Part shown: positions 1 through 12,728 of the stretch, piece after piece
Layout: each line of letters begins with the position of its first letter
How positions within the stretch are numbered: the stretch's first letter is position 1
NCBI RefSeq assembly: GCF_000011805.1
Contig: NC_006840.2
DNA: 32,000 nucleotides
Source: Aliivibrio fischeri ES114
GTDB taxonomy: Bacteria > Pseudomonadota > Gammaproteobacteria > Enterobacterales > Vibrionaceae
Direction: 5' to 3' (one strand)
Translations under genes and position numbers: made by a program
The notes under the pieces: generated by a model
What the model saw: the letters and a program-made list of their open reading frames with translations, nothing else
What the model was told of the DNA's origin: nothing
Database searches by the model: none

Positions 1-1194
1 TACTTTAAATCTAAAGCAACAATTCTAGCTACTGGTGGTGCTGGACGTATTTACGCTTCAACAACCAATGCACATATTAATACTGGTGATGGTGTTGGTA
101 TGGCGATTCGAGCTGGTGTTCCAATGCAAGACATTGAAATGTGGCAGTTCCACCCAACAGGTATCGCAGGTGCTGGTGTTCTTGTAACTGAAGGCTGTCG
201 TGGTGAAGGTGGTTATCTTTTAAATAAAGATGGTGAACGCTTCATGGAACGTTACGCACCAAATGCTAAAGATTTGGCCGGTCGTGATGTTGTAGCTCGT
301 TCAATGATGGTTGAAATTCGTGAAGGTCGTGGTTGCGATGGTCCTTGGGGTCCGCACATTAAACTGAAATTGGATCACTTAGGTAAAGAAACACTAGAGT
401 CACGTTTACCTGGTGTGTGTGAGTTATCTCGTACTTTTGCTCATGTTGACCCAGTAAAAGAACCTATTCCAGTGATTCCTACTTGTCACTACATGATGGG
501 CGGCGTACCAACTCAGGTTTCAGGTCAAGCTATTAAGCAAGATGAAAGTGGTGCCGATGTTGAAGTTCAAGGCCTGTTTGCTTGTGGTGAAATTGCGTCA
601 GTTTCAGTACATGGTGCTAACCGTTTAGGTGGCAACTCTTTGCTTGATTTAGTGGTATTTGGTCGTGCAACAGGGCTTCATTTAGGTGAAACACTGAAAA
701 AGCAAGCAGAAGCAAAACCAGCAACTGAAGAAGATATTCAGCGTTCACTAGAGCGTTATAATCGTTGGGAAAATAGCACGGGTGGTGAAGACCCAGCTCA
801 AATCCGTAAAGACTTACAACAGTGTATGCAAAATAACTTCTCGGTATTCCGTGAAGGTGATGCAATGGCAAAAGGTCTTGAAGAGCTAAAAGTGATCCGC
901 GAGCGTCTAAACAATGCGTATCTATCTGATAAATCGACTGAGTTTAATACTCAGCGTATTGAATGTTTAGAGCTAGAAAACTTGATGGAAACGGCATTTG
1001 CAACCGCAGTAGCAGCAAATTACCGTACAGAAAGTCGTGGAGCACACGCACGCTTTGATTTCCCTGAGCGTGATGATGCTAATTGGTTATGCCATTCAAT
1101 TTACAACCCTGAGACAGAATCAATGTCTAAGCGTAATGTAAATATGGAACCTGTTCACCGTGAAGCTTTCCCTCCGAAAGCTCGTACATATTAA
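1..1194 (+). CDS. sdhA: Succinate dehydrogenase flavoprotein subunit SdhA, 5' truncated by the window edge
   Basis: Frame 1 is open from base 1. [35 protein letters not shown] precedes the ORF-track Met at 100, so that Met is internal. Typical SdhA/FrdA motifs are present ([20 protein letters not shown]). sdhB follows directly. Confidence 0.95.
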   Translation, partial: YFKSKATILATGGAGRIYASTTNAHINTGDGVGMAIRAGVPMQDIEMWQFHPTGIAGAGVLVTEGCRGEGGYLLNKDGERFMERYAPNAKDLAGRDVVARSMMVEIREGRGCDGPWGPHIKLKLDHLGKETLESRLPGVCELSRTFAHVDPVKEPIPVIPTCHYMMGGVPTQVSGQAIKQDESGADVEVQGLFACGEIASVSVHGANRLGGNSLLDLVVFGRATGLHLGETLKKQAEAKPATEEDIQRSLERYNRWENSTGGEDPAQIRKDLQQCMQNNFSVFREGDAMAKGLEELKVIRERLNNAYLSDKSTEFNTQRIECLELENLMETAFATAVAANYRTESRGAHARFDFPERDDANWLCHSIYNPETESMSKRNVNMEPVHREAFPPKARTY

Positions 1195-1206
1195 GAGGGC
1201 AGAAGA

Positions 1207-1920
1207 ATGAAATTGAATTTTTCGATCTACCGCTATAATCCAGATGTAGATAATGCACCTCACATGAAAGCATACACATTAGATGTTGAAGAAGGTTCAG
1301 ATATGATGGTGCTTGATGCACTTATCTTATTAAAAGAACAAGACCCAACATTAGCTTTCCGCCGTTCATGTCGTGAGGGGGTGTGTGGTTCTGATGGTCT
1401 TAATATGAATGGTAAAAATGGACTTGCATGCATTACGCCATTATCTGAATTAGCAGATAAAAGTGAGATTGTTATTCGTCCATTGCCTGGTTTGCCTGTT
1501 GTTCGAGATTTGATTGTCGATATGGCACAATTCTATGAAAATTATGAAAAGGTAAAACCGTTCTTAATTAGTGATGGAGCAACGCCACCTTCAAGAGAAA
1601 ACCTACAATCTCCAGAAGAGCGTGAGCATCTAGATGGTTTGTATGAATGCATCATGTGTGCATGTTGTACTACCTCGTGCCCATCATTTTGGTGGAATCC
1701 TGATAAATTCATCGGACCAGCAGGGTTGCTTGCAGCTTATCGTTGGTTAATTGATAGTCGAGATACTGCAACAAATGAACGTTTATCTAATTTAGATGAT
1801 GCATTCAGTGTTTTTCGTTGCCATGGTATCATGAATTGTGTAAGTGTATGTCCTAAAGGGTTAAACCCAACAAAAGCAATTGGTCATATAAAGACAATGC
1901 TATTGAAAAAAGCGGTATAA
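1207..1920 (+). CDS. sdhB: Succinate dehydrogenase iron-sulfur subunit SdhB
   Basis: 237 aa with three Cys clusters: CREGVCGSDG (2Fe-2S), CIMCACCTTSCP (4Fe-4S) and CHGIMNCVSVCP (3Fe-4S). Sits between sdhA and sucA. Confidence 0.95.
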   Translation: MKLNFSIYRYNPDVDNAPHMKAYTLDVEEGSDMMVLDALILLKEQDPTLAFRRSCREGVCGSDGLNMNGKNGLACITPLSELADKSEIVIRPLPGLPVVRDLIVDMAQFYENYEKVKPFLISDGATPPSRENLQSPEEREHLDGLYECIMCACCTTSCPSFWWNPDKFIGPAGLLAAYRWLIDSRDTATNERLSNLDDAFSVFRCHGIMNCVSVCPKGLNPTKAIGHIKTMLLKKAV

Positions 1921-1929
1921 TTTACTTTT

Positions 1930-1955
1930 CCTCAACCTATGTTGATAGGTTGAGG
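1930..1955 (+). terminator. Perfect 11-bp hairpin between sdhB and sucA, probably a partial terminator or processing structure
   Basis: CCTCAACCTAT-gttg-ATAGGTTGAGG directly after the sdhB stop. A second small hairpin CCCGG-N8-CCGGG lies at 1967-1984. The downstream T-run is weak, so this is at most an attenuator. Confidence 0.4.
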
Positions 1956-2017
1956 CTTATTATAAGCCCGGCACAAAGACCGGGATAGACGTGAAACTAC
2001 TGGATTAAGGGAAAATA

Positions 2018-4834
2018 ATGCAGAATAGCGTGATGAAGGCATGGCTCGAGTCTTCACATTTAGCTGGCGCTAATGCAACGTACGTAGAAGAACTCTACGA
2101 ATTCTATCTCAGTGACCCGGAAATCGTTAGTGACGAATGGCGAGAAGTTTTTGATGCGCTGCCAGTAAATCAAGCTGGTACAGCAGAGCAAGCTCATACT
2201 CCTGTTCGTGATTATTTCCGTCGTCTTGCGAAAGAAACCAAGCAATTTAGCGCTCAAGTTAACGATCCAGACGTAGATGCTAAGCAAGTTAAGGTACTGC
2301 AACTTATTAATGCGTACCGTTTCCGTGGGCATCAAAATGCAAATCTCGATCCATTAGGTTTGCAAATTCATGAATATGTTGCTGAATTAGAACCAGCATT
2401 TCATAACTTAACCGATGAAGATTTCTCAGAAACGTTTAACGTTGGCTCTTTTGCTTCAGGCCAAGAGACAATGAAACTTTCTGATTTGTATGATGCATTA
2501 CGCAGCACTTATTGTGGCTCTGTTGGTGCAGAATATATGCATATTACTAATACAGAGGAAAAACGTTGGATTCAACAACGTCTAGAATCTGTAGCTGGTA
2601 AGCCATCTTTTACTTCTCAAGAAAAACTCACATTCCTAGAAGAGCTCACGGCTGCTGAAGGCCTTGAACGCTATCTTGGTGCTAAGTTCCCTGGAGCGAA
2701 ACGTTTCTCACTGGAAGGTGGCGATGCCATGGTTCCTATGGTGAAAGAGTTAATTCGTCATGCGGGTTCGTGTGGTGGTAGAGAAGTCGTTATTGGTATG
2801 GCTCACCGTGGCCGTTTAAATATGCTAATCAACGTACTTGGCAAAAAGCCACAAGATTTATTCGATGAATTTGCTGGTAAGCATGGCGATTCATGGGGTA
2901 CAGGTGATGTTAAGTACCACCAAGGTTTCTCTTCTGATTTCGCAACTCCGGGTGGAGATGTGCATTTAGCATTGGCTTTCAACCCATCTCACTTAGAAAT
3001 TGTAAACCCAGTAGTTATTGGTTCGGTTCGTGCTCGCCAAGATCGTTTAAACGATAAAGCGGGTGATAAAGTAATTCCTATCACTATTCATGGTGATTCT
3101 GCTATTGCAGGGCAAGGCGTGGTAGCTGAGACATTTAATATGTCACAAGCTCGTGCTTTCTATGTGGGTGGTACGATTCGCATTGTCGTGAATAACCAAG
3201 TTGGTTTTACCACATCAAATCCGAAAGATACTCGTTCAACTCAATATTGTACTGATATTGCAAAAATGGTTCAGGCACCAATATTCCATGTGAATGCAGA
3301 TGATCCTGAAGCCGTTGCTTTTGTAACACGAATTGCATTGGATTACAGAAACGAATTTAAGCGTGATGTAGTGATTGATTTAGTGTGTTATCGCCGCCAT
3401 GGTCATAATGAAGCTGATGAGCCAAATGCAACGCAACCATTGATGTACCAAAAAATCAAAAAACACCCAACGCCACGTAAATTGTATGCGGACACATTAA
3501 TTGAGCGCCAAGATCTTGAGTTAGAGACGGCCACTCAACTTATTAATGAGTATCGAGATGCACTAGACCATGGTGAAGTTGTGGTGAAAGAGTGGCGTCC
3601 AATGAAACTACATAATGTAGATTGGTCACCATTTATTGGTCATGATTGGAATATGGAATGGGACAACGAATTCAATAAAGAGCGCTTAGTTGAGCTTGGT
3701 CAGCGAATTTGCCAATACCCAGAAAGCCATAAATTACACAGCCGAGTAAATAAGTTATATAACGACCGTATGTCAATGATTGCTGGAGAAAAAGCAATTG
3801 ATTGGGGTATGGCTGAAACATTAGCTTATGCGACGCTTGTTGATGAAGGTAAGCGTATTCGTATTACTGGCCAAGATTCTGGTCGTGGTACTTTCTTCCA
3901 TCGTCACGCAGTACTACATAATCAATCTGATGCAAGTACATACGTACCGCTATCAAATGTTCATGATAAACAAGGTCCATTTGAAGTCCATGATTCTGTT
4001 TTATCAGAAGCTGCCGTATTAGCGTTTGAGTATGGTTATGCAACGGCAGAGCCGAGTGGTTTAACGATTTGGGAAGCGCAATTTGGTGATTTTGCTAACT
4101 GTGCCCAAGTTGTTGTGGATCAGTTCATTTCTTCAGGTGAGCAAAAGTGGGGCCGTATGTGTGGTCTAACTATGCTGCTACCGCACGGTTATGAAGGTCA
4201 AGGTCCTGAGCACTCTTCTGCACGTTTAGAGCGTTATTTACAGCTTTGTGCTGAACAAAATATGCAAGTGGTTGTGCCATCAACACCGGCGCAAGTTTAT
4301 CACATGTTACGTCGTCAAGTGGTTCGCCCAATGCGTCGTCCATTAGTGGTAATGTCACCTAAATCTTTACTACGTCATCCATTATGTACATCAACACTTG
4401 AAGAGCTTGCTGAAGGTAACTTCCAGTCAGCGATTCCTGAGATTGATGCGTTAGATCCTAAACAAGTCAAACGAGTTGTTTTCTGTTCTGGTAAGGTTTA
4501 TTTCGACCTTCTGGAACAACGTCGAACGAATGAACAGAATGACATTGCAATTGTTCGTATTGAACAACTGTACCCATTCCCTAAAGAAGACGTAGAAGCA
4601 GCAATAGCTGAATATACAAATGTTGTTGATTATGTTTGGTGTCAAGAAGAACCTCAAAACCAAGGTGCTTGGTATTCAAGCCAACATAACTTCCGCTCAG
4701 CATTACCTGATGGTGCGATTCTACATTATGCAGGACGCCCAGCATCTGCTTCGCCAGCAGTAGGTTATATGTCGGTGCACGTGAAACAACAAAAAGCGTT
4801 AGTAGAAGACGCTCTGACCCTAGATAAGAACTAG
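2018..4834 (+). CDS. sucA: 2-oxoglutarate dehydrogenase E1 component
   Basis: 938 aa. The N-terminus [28 protein letters not shown] resembles E. coli SucA as I recall it. Length and operon position (sdhB-sucA-sucB) fit. Confidence 0.95.
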   Translation: MQNSVMKAWLESSHLAGANATYVEELYEFYLSDPEIVSDEWREVFDALPVNQAGTAEQAHTPVRDYFRRLAKETKQFSAQVNDPDVDAKQVKVLQLINAYRFRGHQNANLDPLGLQIHEYVAELEPAFHNLTDEDFSETFNVGSFASGQETMKLSDLYDALRSTYCGSVGAEYMHITNTEEKRWIQQRLESVAGKPSFTSQEKLTFLEELTAAEGLERYLGAKFPGAKRFSLEGGDAMVPMVKELIRHAGSCGGREVVIGMAHRGRLNMLINVLGKKPQDLFDEFAGKHGDSWGTGDVKYHQGFSSDFATPGGDVHLALAFNPSHLEIVNPVVIGSVRARQDRLNDKAGDKVIPITIHGDSAIAGQGVVAETFNMSQARAFYVGGTIRIVVNNQVGFTTSNPKDTRSTQYCTDIAKMVQAPIFHVNADDPEAVAFVTRIALDYRNEFKRDVVIDLVCYRRHGHNEADEPNATQPLMYQKIKKHPTPRKLYADTLIERQDLELETATQLINEYRDALDHGEVVVKEWRPMKLHNVDWSPFIGHDWNMEWDNEFNKERLVELGQRICQYPESHKLHSRVNKLYNDRMSMIAGEKAIDWGMAETLAYATLVDEGKRIRITGQDSGRGTFFHRHAVLHNQSDASTYVPLSNVHDKQGPFEVHDSVLSEAAVLAFEYGYATAEPSGLTIWEAQFGDFANCAQVVVDQFISSGEQKWGRMCGLTMLLPHGYEGQGPEHSSARLERYLQLCAEQNMQVVVPSTPAQVYHMLRRQVVRPMRRPLVVMSPKSLLRHPLCTSTLEELAEGNFQSAIPEIDALDPKQVKRVVFCSGKVYFDLLEQRRTNEQNDIAIVRIEQLYPFPKEDVEAAIAEYTNVVDYVWCQEEPQNQGAWYSSQHNFRSALPDGAILHYAGRPASASPAVGYMSVHVKQQKALVEDALTLDKN

Positions 4835-4853
4835 AAAGTATAGGAAAACGGAT

Positions 4854-6065
4854 ATGACAATCGAAATTCTGGTTCCAGATTTACCTGAATCTGTAGCAGA
4901 CGCTACTGTAGCAACATGGCATAAACAACCTGGTGATGCAGTTGAGCGTGATGAAATACTTGTAGACATTGAAACGGACAAAGTGGTTCTTGAAGTACCA
5001 GCGCCAGAAGCGGGAGTACTAGAAACCATTTTAGAAGATGAAGGTGCAACGGTTCTTTCTAAACAACTTCTTGCGCGTATTAAGCCAGGTGCTGTTGTTG
5101 GTGAGCCAACGACTGATGTAACAACGGCAACTGAATCATCTCCTGATAAACGTCATACAGCGTCTTTATCAGAAGAAAGCAATGATGCATTAAGTCCTGC
5201 GGTTCGTCGCCTATTAGGTGAGCATGATATTGCTCCATCTGATGTGAAAGGCACAGGTGTTGGTGGTCGCATTACACGTGAAGATGTTGATGCGCATATT
5301 GCAGCATTGAAAGCCGCACCAAAAGCAGAAAAAGCAGCAGATAAGCCAGCAGAAGCATTAGCTCATCGTAGCGAAAAACGTGTACCGATGACTCGCCTTC
5401 GTAAAACAGTAGCCAACCGTCTACTTGAAGCGAAGAACAGCACAGCGATGTTAACGACGTTTAATGAAGTAAACATGAAACCTATCATGGATCTTCGTAA
5501 GCAATATAAAGATCAATTTGAAGAGCGTCATGGCACACGTTTAGGCTTTATGTCTTTCTATGTGAAAGCGGTAACAGAAGCATTGAAGCGTTACCCAGAA
5601 GTGAATGCGTCAATTGATGGTGATGATATCGTTTATCATAACTACTTTGATATTAGTATGGCAGTTTCAACTCCTCGTGGGTTAGTTACTCCTGTGCTGA
5701 AAGATTGCGATACGCTTGGATTTGCTGATATTGAAAAAGGCATTAAAGAGCTAGCAATTAAAGGTCGTGACGGTAAATTAGCAGTAGAAGATTTAATGGG
5801 CGGAAACTTTACCATTACTAATGGTGGCGTGTTTGGTTCATTAATGTCGACGCCAATTATCAATCCACCTCAAGCTGCAATTTTAGGTATGCATAAAATC
5901 CAAGATCGTCCTATGGCGGTTGATGGTAAGGTAGAAATTTTACCAATGATGTATCTAGCATTGTCTTACGATCACCGTTTAATTGATGGTCGTGAATCAG
6001 TAGGTTTCTTAGTAACCATTAAAGAGTTACTTGAAGATCCTGCTCGTTTATTACTAGATGTTTAA
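4854..6065 (+). CDS. sucB: Dihydrolipoyllysine-residue succinyltransferase, the E2 component of 2-oxoglutarate dehydrogenase
   Basis: 403 aa. Has an N-terminal lipoyl domain with the IETDKV lipoyl-lysine motif, an Ala/Pro-rich linker, an E3-binding segment (LSPAVRRLL) and the catalytic DHRLIDG motif. Confidence 0.95.
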   Translation: MTIEILVPDLPESVADATVATWHKQPGDAVERDEILVDIETDKVVLEVPAPEAGVLETILEDEGATVLSKQLLARIKPGAVVGEPTTDVTTATESSPDKRHTASLSEESNDALSPAVRRLLGEHDIAPSDVKGTGVGGRITREDVDAHIAALKAAPKAEKAADKPAEALAHRSEKRVPMTRLRKTVANRLLEAKNSTAMLTTFNEVNMKPIMDLRKQYKDQFEERHGTRLGFMSFYVKAVTEALKRYPEVNASIDGDDIVYHNYFDISMAVSTPRGLVTPVLKDCDTLGFADIEKGIKELAIKGRDGKLAVEDLMGGNFTITNGGVFGSLMSTPIINPPQAAILGMHKIQDRPMAVDGKVEILPMMYLALSYDHRLIDGRESVGFLVTIKELLEDPARLLLDV

Positions 6066-6088
6066 ATATAACGTTTAGTGACAAACAA

Positions 6089-6118
6089 AGGCTGCCATGC
6101 TCACGGCAGCCTCTTATT
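6089..6118 (+). terminator. GC-rich hairpin after sucB, possibly an attenuator inside the suc operon
   Basis: AGGCTGCC-N8-GGCAGCCT followed by CTTATTC. It lies in the 152-bp sucB-sucC gap. Confidence 0.4.
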
Positions 6119-6217
6119 CAACTTCATTATTGGATAAAAAATAGAAAGAGACCTTAGAGCCTCTTAGGACATTAAAAATTCCCATAAAAGGGAATAACAT
6201 AAAATGGATAGAACATA

Positions 6218-7384
6218 ATGAACTTACATGAATATCAAGCAAAGCAGCTCTTTGCAGAATTTGGCCTTCCTGTACCCGAGGGTTATGCTTGCGATACACC
6301 TCAAGAAGCTTTTGAAGCTGCAGGCCGTATTAGCACGGCGAAAAAAGTAGTTAAGTGTCAAGTACACGCTGGTGGCCGTGGTAAAGCGGGCGGTGTTGAA
6401 CTGCATGACACGAAAGAAGGCGTTAAAGAATTTGCACAAAAATGGCTAGGTAAAAATCTAGTTACTTTCCAAACGGATGCCAACGGCCAACCTGTATCAA
6501 AAATTTTAGTTGAAGAAGCATCAAATATTGCGAATGAATTGTACTTAGGTGCAGTTGTCGATCGTGCATCACAGCGTATTGTATTTATGGCATCGACTGA
6601 AGGTGGCGTTGATATTGAAAAAATTGCTGAAGAAACACCAGAACTGATACATAAAGCGGCGATCGATCCTCTTGTTGGCCCTCAAGCATACCAAGGTCGT
6701 GAACTGGCATTCAAATTGGGTTTAGAAGGCGATCAAATTAAGCAATTTGTTAAAATCTTCATGGGCCTAGGTAACATGTTTGCTCAGTACGATTTAGCAC
6801 TTCTTGAAATCAACCCATTAGTAGTTACTGCTGAAGGTAGCCTTCTATGTCTTGACGGCAAAATCAACATTGATTCAAATGCGATGTACCGTCAACCTAA
6901 GCTTCGTGAAATGCACGATCCATCTCAAGAAGACGAGCGTGAAGCGCATGCTGCTCAGTGGGAATTAAACTACGTAGCACTTGATGGCAGCATTGGCTGT
7001 ATGGTTAATGGTGCGGGTCTTGCGATGGGTACGATGGATATCGTAAATCTACACGGTGGCCAACCAGCTAACTTCCTTGATGTAGGTGGTGGTGCAACAA
7101 AAGAGCGTGTAACTGAAGCGTTCAAAATTATTTTATCAGACAGTAATGTTAAAGCGGTTCTAGTAAACATCTTTGGTGGTATTGTTCGTTGTGATCTAAT
7201 TGCAGATGGCATCATTGGTGCTGTTGAAGAAGTGGGTGTTGAAGTTCCTGTTGTTGTTCGCCTTGAAGGTAACAACGCACCACTAGGTTCACAAAAACTG
7301 GCTGAAAGTGGCCTAAATATCATTGCGGCTACTTCATTAACTGAAGCGGCTGAAAAAGTTGTTGCTGCAGCGGAGGGCAAATAA
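6218..7384 (+). CDS. sucC: Succinyl-CoA synthetase beta subunit
   Basis: 388 aa. The [21 protein letters not shown]-terminus is typical of SucC (ATP-grasp fold). The stop overlaps the sucD start (TAATG). Confidence 0.95.
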   Translation: MNLHEYQAKQLFAEFGLPVPEGYACDTPQEAFEAAGRISTAKKVVKCQVHAGGRGKAGGVELHDTKEGVKEFAQKWLGKNLVTFQTDANGQPVSKILVEEASNIANELYLGAVVDRASQRIVFMASTEGGVDIEKIAEETPELIHKAAIDPLVGPQAYQGRELAFKLGLEGDQIKQFVKIFMGLGNMFAQYDLALLEINPLVVTAEGSLLCLDGKINIDSNAMYRQPKLREMHDPSQEDEREAHAAQWELNYVALDGSIGCMVNGAGLAMGTMDIVNLHGGQPANFLDVGGGATKERVTEAFKIILSDSNVKAVLVNIFGGIVRCDLIADGIIGAVEEVGVEVPVVVRLEGNNAPLGSQKLAESGLNIIAATSLTEAAEKVVAAAEGK

Positions 7385-8256
7385 TGTCTGTACTAATTAA
7401 TAAAGATACAAAAGTTATCTGCCAAGGTTTTACTGGTGGTCAAGGTACGTTCCACTCAGAGCAAGCCATTGATTACGGAACACAAATGGTTGGCGGTGTA
7501 TCACCAGGCAAAGGTGGTCAAGTTCACCTAGGTCTTCCAGTATTTAACACGGTTCGTGATGCAGTTGAAGCAACTGGTGCAACAGCTTCGGTTATTTATG
7601 TACCTGCGCCTTTCTGTAAAGATGCAATCCTTGAAGCAATCGATGCGGGTATTAAGCTTATCGTAACGATTACAGAAGGCATTCCAACGCTTGATCTTTT
7701 AGACGTTAAAGTTCGTCTAGATGCAGAAGGTGTAGTGATGATTGGTCCTAACTGTCCGGGTGTTATTACTCCTGATGAATGTAAGATTGGTATCATGCCG
7801 GGCCACATTCATAAGAAAGGTAAAGTAGGTATTGTTTCTCGCTCTGGTACATTAACGTATGAAGCAGTTAAGCAGACAACTGACGAAGGCTTTGGCCAAT
7901 CAACGTGTGTTGGTATTGGTGGTGATCCAATTCCGGGTTCAAACTTTATTGATATTCTAAAACTGTTCCAAGAAGATCCAGAAACAGAAGCAATCGTAAT
8001 GATTGGTGAGATCGGTGGTACAGCAGAAGAAGAAGCGGCTGCATATATTAAAGCGAATGTAACTAAACCTGTGGTTTCTTATATTGCAGGTGTTACTGCG
8101 CCTCCAGGTAAACGTATGGGCCATGCTGGTGCCATTATCTCTGGTGGTAAAGGCACGGCAGAAGATAAGTTTGCAGCGCTAGAAGAAGCGGGCGTTAAGA
8201 CAGTAAAAAGTCTTGCAGACATCGGTAAAGCACTAAGAGAAGTGACTGGTTGGTAA
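7384..8256 (+). CDS. sucD: Succinyl-CoA synthetase alpha subunit
   Basis: 290 aa. Has the CoA-binding [10 protein letters not shown] motif and the phosphohistidine loop MGHAGAII. Confidence 0.95.
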   Translation: MSVLINKDTKVICQGFTGGQGTFHSEQAIDYGTQMVGGVSPGKGGQVHLGLPVFNTVRDAVEATGATASVIYVPAPFCKDAILEAIDAGIKLIVTITEGIPTLDLLDVKVRLDAEGVVMIGPNCPGVITPDECKIGIMPGHIHKKGKVGIVSRSGTLTYEAVKQTTDEGFGQSTCVGIGGDPIPGSNFIDILKLFQEDPETEAIVMIGEIGGTAEEEAAAYIKANVTKPVVSYIAGVTAPPGKRMGHAGAIISGGKGTAEDKFAALEEAGVKTVKSLADIGKALREVTGW

Positions 8257-8285
8257 TAAGTTAAACCAATACATGAATAACTCAG

Positions 8286-8317
8286 AAGCCATTTATAGAA
8301 ATATGAATGGCTTTTTT
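8286..8317 (+). terminator. Rho-independent terminator of the sdh-suc operon
   Basis: AAGCCATT-N12-AATGGCTT followed by a T-run (8312-8317), about 30 nt after the sucD stop. Confidence 0.75.
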
Positions 8318-8443
8318 AATATGTGACATTATGAAATGTTTAGTTACATTTAGAGTGGTGAAAAAGAGTACAGGATTCGGATAACTATTTGATAAGATTC
8401 GGCGCTTTTTCTTTCTACGACTTTTATTTATATTACTCAAAGA

Positions 8444-10099
8444 ATGAATAGCATGATGATTAATGGTTATTTTTATTTGAGACCTTTTATGCAATTTAAT
8501 ACAAAATCTAAGTATTTTATTATCTATGTAATTTTTTCGGCTGCAATGTTTGGTTCCATTATTATGGGGGCATACAACGTACGATTCACTTTAGAAACCA
8601 ATAACGTAACACGTTTAGAAAACTTGCTAACCAATGCGAAAAACACCATTGCTACATTAGAAGAAAAGGCGGCAACAGGTGAGTTGTCAGAAATTGAAGC
8701 TAAGCGTCTTGCAAGTGAGTTGATGCAAAGTTATGCCTATTCCGATAATGAATATATTTGGATGACCGATGAAAAGTTAAACTTTTTAGCAGCGCCATTA
8801 GATCCTCAAATTATAGGTAAGCATTTCTCAGATATTGTTAGCAAAGAAGCTGAAACTCATATTATTAATAACTTAACCGTAGCTGGGCAAGTGATTACTT
8901 ATTCATGGTTCACGACTCGTGAAAATGTCACAACAGAAGTGAAGTCCATTGCAGTAAAAACCAAACTGTGGAATTGGTATTTAGGTAGTGGTGTTCAAGA
9001 GAAGAAAGTAAACGATACGTTTAAAGCATTCTTATTCGAAGGGTTAACTATTGGTGTTATTGTTAATCTTTTCATTGGATTAGTGATGTTTTTTGCGGTT
9101 AGAAAATACAACAAAACCTTAGGGAATGAGCCCGATGTCATTCTTAATGTTATTGACCGTATTTCTCGAGGCGATCTAAGTCACTTACCTGAAAAATCGA
9201 TTGAAAATGTTGGTATCTATAGCCGCATTCTTGATATGGCATCAAATATCAAAGAGTTAGTTAATGATATAACGGTATTAACAAAAGAGTTAAGTGATTC
9301 GTCTCATCATCTATCTGCTTCTTCTCAAACAATGAATGTTAATGTGAAAACACAAACAGAACAGTTAGAACAAGCTGCTGTTGCCACAGATCAAATTGTT
9401 GTTAGTGTTAATGAAGTAACGAAAAGCGCTGTCCAAGCGACAGATTCAGCGTTAACCGTAAATAGTACATCAGCAGATTGTATTAGCACTATCGGTGATA
9501 TGAACAATGATATGCAACAACTGGCTGGAAATATTAAAGGTGTAGCTGAAGTTATCGGTAATCTACAAGTCGAAACCGAAAACATTGGCAGTATTTTAGA
9601 TGTAATTAGAGGTATTGCCGATCAAACAAACTTACTGGCATTAAATGCTGCGATTGAAGCTGCACGTGCCGGTGAAAGTGGCCGTGGTTTTGCTGTTGTC
9701 GCTGATGAAGTTCGTTTACTTGCGAGTCGAACTCAAGACAGTACTGCTCAAATATCAGAAATGATTGCAGGCTTACAAGATGAAGCTGTTAAATCAGTTA
9801 ACTTAATGCAAAGTAACTCAGACGAAGCGCACACAATTGCTGAAAAGACAGTGGTAGCTCAAAATACAGTGAACTCTATCTTTGAATCGGTTTCAGTAAT
9901 ACAAACCATGAACAGCCAAATATCAGCGTCAACAGAAGAGCAATTAGTTGCAACAACGAACGTAAATCAGTTAATCACTGATATTAATATGTTTGCAAAA
10001 GATAATTTAACGGATGTGGAGTCAACAGCACAACAAGCTGAAAAACTTGGTTCCATGGCAGATGATTTAACAAGCATTGTAAATCGATTTAAATTATAA
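8444..10099 (+). CDS. Methyl-accepting chemotaxis protein with a periplasmic Cache-like sensor, HAMP and MA domains
   Basis: Carries the highly conserved signalling hairpin [40 protein letters not shown]. Two TM segments flank a periplasmic domain of about 170 aa. The true start may be the Met at 8489 ([10 protein letters not shown]...), because no clear SD precedes either ATG. Confidence 0.85.
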   Translation: MNSMMINGYFYLRPFMQFNTKSKYFIIYVIFSAAMFGSIIMGAYNVRFTLETNNVTRLENLLTNAKNTIATLEEKAATGELSEIEAKRLASELMQSYAYSDNEYIWMTDEKLNFLAAPLDPQIIGKHFSDIVSKEAETHIINNLTVAGQVITYSWFTTRENVTTEVKSIAVKTKLWNWYLGSGVQEKKVNDTFKAFLFEGLTIGVIVNLFIGLVMFFAVRKYNKTLGNEPDVILNVIDRISRGDLSHLPEKSIENVGIYSRILDMASNIKELVNDITVLTKELSDSSHHLSASSQTMNVNVKTQTEQLEQAAVATDQIVVSVNEVTKSAVQATDSALTVNSTSADCISTIGDMNNDMQQLAGNIKGVAEVIGNLQVETENIGSILDVIRGIADQTNLLALNAAIEAARAGESGRGFAVVADEVRLLASRTQDSTAQISEMIAGLQDEAVKSVNLMQSNSDEAHTIAEKTVVAQNTVNSIFESVSVIQTMNSQISASTEEQLVATTNVNQLITDINMFAKDNLTDVESTAQQAEKLGSMADDLTSIVNRFKL

Positions 10100-10103
10100 A
10101 AAT

Positions 10104-10137
10104 AAAAAGAGCAAGACGAAATCGTCTTGCTCTTTTT
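10104..10137. terminator. Bidirectional terminator shared by the MCP gene (+) and znuB (-)
   Basis: An 11-bp stem, AGAGCAAGACG-aaat-CGTCTTGCTCT, flanked by an A-run upstream and a T-run downstream. Confidence 0.8.
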
Positions 10138-10193
10138 GTATGGTTTCAATCAGGAGACATCGTTGGTCAAATCTTTATGTAAACCGGTATATT

Positions 10194-10979
10194 TTAACCT
10201 TTTACTTTTTTTAGCTGGCTGAGCATAAATATCGCAGCACCAGAAACAACAACAGATGGGCCGGCAGGAGTATCATAATGCCAAGATAAGGCCAATCCCG
10301 CCATTACTGCTATGCACCCGAATATAGACGCAAATACAACCATTTGTTCAGGTGAACGAGAAAATCGACGAGCGGTAGCTGCAGGGATAATTAATAGAGA
10401 AGTAATAATTAACGCTCCGACAAACTTCATTGCAATGGCAATAACTAATCCAACCATCAACATTAAGACTAAACGCATTAATTCAACGTTAACCCCTTCC
10501 ACTTGAGCCAACTCTTCACTGATTGTCGAAGACAGTAATGGTTTCCAAACAATAAAAATCAATCCTAATATAATAATGACGCCTGAATAGATATATAAAA
10601 GGTCATCATAAGTTACAGCTAATAGATCACCGAATAAATATGACATTAAATCAACACGAACATTATCTAAAAAGCTGACAGCAACTAAACCTAGAGAAAG
10701 TGAACTATGCGCTAAAATGCCCAATAGGGTATCGGTAGCAACAAGACGTTGTTTTTGTAATGTCACCAGCAATACGGCAATAGCAACACAGCAAATAACC
10801 AAAGCTAAATTTAGATTGATATCAAATAAGAAACCTAAAGATAAGCCGAGTAAAGAGGCGTGAGCTAATGTATCACCAAAATAAGCCATTTTACGCCAAA
10901 CAACGAATGAACCTAATGGACCTGCCAATAAAGCAATGCCTAATCCAGCGAGTAAAGCAGGAAGTAAAAATTCAATCAT
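10194..10979 (-). CDS. znuB: Zinc ABC transporter permease ZnuB
   Basis: A 261-aa polytopic membrane protein of the ABC-3 family. It overlaps the znuC stop by 4 nt and lies in the znuCB/znuA arrangement. Confidence 0.85.
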   Translation of the reverse strand: MIEFLLPALLAGLGIALLAGPLGSFVVWRKMAYFGDTLAHASLLGLSLGFLFDINLNLALVICCVAIAVLLVTLQKQRLVATDTLLGILAHSSLSLGLVAVSFLDNVRVDLMSYLFGDLLAVTYDDLLYIYSGVIIILGLIFIVWKPLLSSTISEELAQVEGVNVELMRLVLMLMVGLVIAIAMKFVGALIITSLLIIPAATARRFSRSPEQMVVFASIFGCIAVMAGLALSWHYDTPAGPSVVVSGAAIFMLSQLKKVKG

Positions 10980-11746
10980 TGGTGTGCCTTTTTATTTTTG
11001 CTGCAGCATGAACCATCACTTGGTTCTCCAGAAAGATCATGATTGTGATGATGTTCATGATGATAAAACGCAAGTTGTTGATCTCGTTGTTGTCCAAACA
11101 GGGCAATATACTTTGGGTGTTTTGAAATGGATTCAGGAGCCCCTGAACAGCAAATATGGTGCTGAAGGCAAATTACTTCATCAGTTTTTGCCATCACTAA
11201 ATGTAAGTCGTGCGACACCATAAATACGGCACAGTTAAAACGGTGTCGAATGGATTCAATTAAGGCATATAAACTGATTTGTCCTTGCACGTCGACACCT
11301 TGTGCAGGTTCATCTAGAACGAGTAAATCAGGGCGTTGTAATAATGCACGCGCTAATAACACACGTTGCGATTCTCCGCCAGAGAGTTTATGCATATTGG
11401 AATTTAAAAGATGCTCTGCTTCAACAAGTTTTAAAGCACTAAGATGCTCCTGCTGGCTGTACTTACCGGCTAGTTTTAGAAAACCATGAACTGATAAAGG
11501 AAGTGAATCGTTTAAATGCAATTTTTGAGGAACATAACCAATACGCAGTTTTTTTTCTTTTTTTATGGTTCCGCTTGTTGGTTTTTGTAGACCTAGGATG
11601 GTTTTTACTAATGTCGATTTTCCTGCGCCATTAGGGCCAATCAAAGTAATGATCTTATTTGATTCAATAGAAAGAGAGACATTATCGATGACATGACGGT
11701 CATCAAAGACAACACAAACATCTTGTAAAGTGAGTAAAGTGGTCAT
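10976..11746 (-). CDS. znuC: Zinc ABC transporter ATPase ZnuC
   Basis: Has Walker [10 protein letters not shown], signature LSGGESQR and Walker B LLVLDEP. The C-terminal tail is His/Cys-rich (HHEHHHNHD...CC). It is divergent from znuA. Confidence 0.9.
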   Translation of the reverse strand: MTTLLTLQDVCVVFDDRHVIDNVSLSIESNKIITLIGPNGAGKSTLVKTILGLQKPTSGTIKKEKKLRIGYVPQKLHLNDSLPLSVHGFLKLAGKYSQQEHLSALKLVEAEHLLNSNMHKLSGGESQRVLLARALLQRPDLLVLDEPAQGVDVQGQISLYALIESIRHRFNCAVFMVSHDLHLVMAKTDEVICLQHHICCSGAPESISKHPKYIALFGQQRDQQLAFYHHEHHHNHDLSGEPSDGSCCSKNKKAHQ

Positions 11747-11774
11747 TTTTAAATAAGAGTCGTTTGCAATTAGT

Positions 11775-11797
11775 AAGTGTTATAATGTAACATTTTA
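11775..11797. promoter_or_regulatory. Zur box in the divergent znuCB/znuA promoter region
   Basis: AAGTGTTATAATGTAACATTTTA closely matches the gammaproteobacterial Zur palindrome as I recall it (GAAATGTTATAATATAACATTTC). It contains a TATAAT hexamer and lies between two zinc-uptake operons. Confidence 0.75.
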
Positions 11798-11834
11798 AAA
11801 ATCCAATCGCTATCACATTTTTTAAGAGACAAAA

Positions 11835-12728
11835 ATGACGAAAAGAATTCAATTCATATTGCTGTGTATATGTACCTTTTGGGGAGTAAATGCACAAGCA
11901 ATGAGCGTATTATCTTCAGTAAAGCCGATTAATCTTATTGTACAGGAATTAACAGCAGGTGTAGCGACATCGTCATATTTAGTTCCAAGTGGCGCGTCAC
12001 CTCATGATTACGCATTACGTCCATCAGATATGAAAAAAATCCAGAAAGCCGATACCATTGTTTGGTATGGAAATGATCTTGAACCTTTCCTTAGTAAAGT
12101 TTTAGAAAATAAAAAGAACATCATTACAGTAAGCCAATTTCCTTCTGTTGAATTTTATCATTTTGACAAGCACGATGAAGATGAACATGCTCATGAAGGG
12201 CATCATCACCACAATACAGACCCTCATTTTTGGTTAGGTCCAAAAGAAACTTTAGGCGTCGCAAAAGAGATAACCAAGCAACTGATTAAAATTGATCCAT
12301 TGAATAAAGATCAATATCAGTCTAACCTTGCACAGTTTGAAAAAAAGTTAACACAGGTAGTGAAAACGATTTCAACTCAATTAGCCCCAGTGAAAAGTAA
12401 AGGTTACTTTGTTTTTCATGATGCATATGGCTATTTTGAGCGTTATTTTGATATGAATAACTTAGGGCACTTTACGGTGAGTCCGGATAGAAAACCGGGT
12501 GCAAAAACATTGATAAAAATAAAAAAATCACTGGTTTCTCAGCAAGCAGTATGTGTTTTTTCTGAACCTCAATTTGAGCCAGCTATCGTAACAACGATAA
12601 CTCGCGGTACTGATGTTCATAAAGGTGAATTAGATCCTTTAGCCATACAGCAAGATGAAGTTCCGGGTGCTTATTTTAATTTCTTATTAACCATCAGTAA
12701 CGAGCTAGAAAGTTGTCTAAATCAATGA
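11835..12728 (+). CDS. znuA: Periplasmic zinc-binding protein ZnuA
   Basis: 297 aa with a signal peptide and the characteristic acidic/His-rich loop HDEDEHAHEGHHHHNTDPH. Cluster-9 SBP context, next to znuCB. Confidence 0.9.
   Translation: MTKRIQFILLCICTFWGVNAQAMSVLSSVKPINLIVQELTAGVATSSYLVPSGASPHDYALRPSDMKKIQKADTIVWYGNDLEPFLSKVLENKKNIITVSQFPSVEFYHFDKHDEDEHAHEGHHHHNTDPHFWLGPKETLGVAKEITKQLIKIDPLNKDQYQSNLAQFEKKLTQVVKTISTQLAPVKSKGYFVFHDAYGYFERYFDMNNLGHFTVSPDRKPGAKTLIKIKKSLVSQQAVCVFSEPQFEPAIVTTITRGTDVHKGELDPLAIQQDEVPGAYFNFLLTISNELESCLNQ

Noticed and set aside
6970-7380. Long antisense or alternate-frame ORFs inside well-supported genes: 6970-7380(-) in sucC, 22753-23130(+) in pta, 24281-24643(-) in ackA, 15448-15762(-) in the TfoS-like gene, and 10936-11223(+) and 11250-11489(+) opposite znuC.
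   Set aside because: Each lies wholly within a strongly supported gene. They show low-complexity or biased composition (Ser/Thr/Pro/Arg-rich), no SD and no recognisable motifs. They are typical shadow ORFs.
8257-8317. The sucD 3' UTR as an SdhX-like sRNA targeting ackA, which lies in the same window.
   Set aside because: Enterobacterial SdhX is processed from this position and represses ackA. Here, the best pairing I could find by eye is an interrupted 9/11 duplex (AAUACAUGAAUA against UAUACAUGUCU at the ackA start), centred on the self-complementary CAUG. That is too weak to claim without conservation data.
8282-8494. A 70-aa minus-strand ORF in the sucD-MCP gap, and a 63-aa ORF at 17529-17720(-).
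   Set aside because: The first is Lys/Arg/Ile-rich AT-driven sequence that overlaps a terminator and the MCP start. The second overlaps the 3' end of the TfoS-like gene. Neither has an SD or recognisable motifs.
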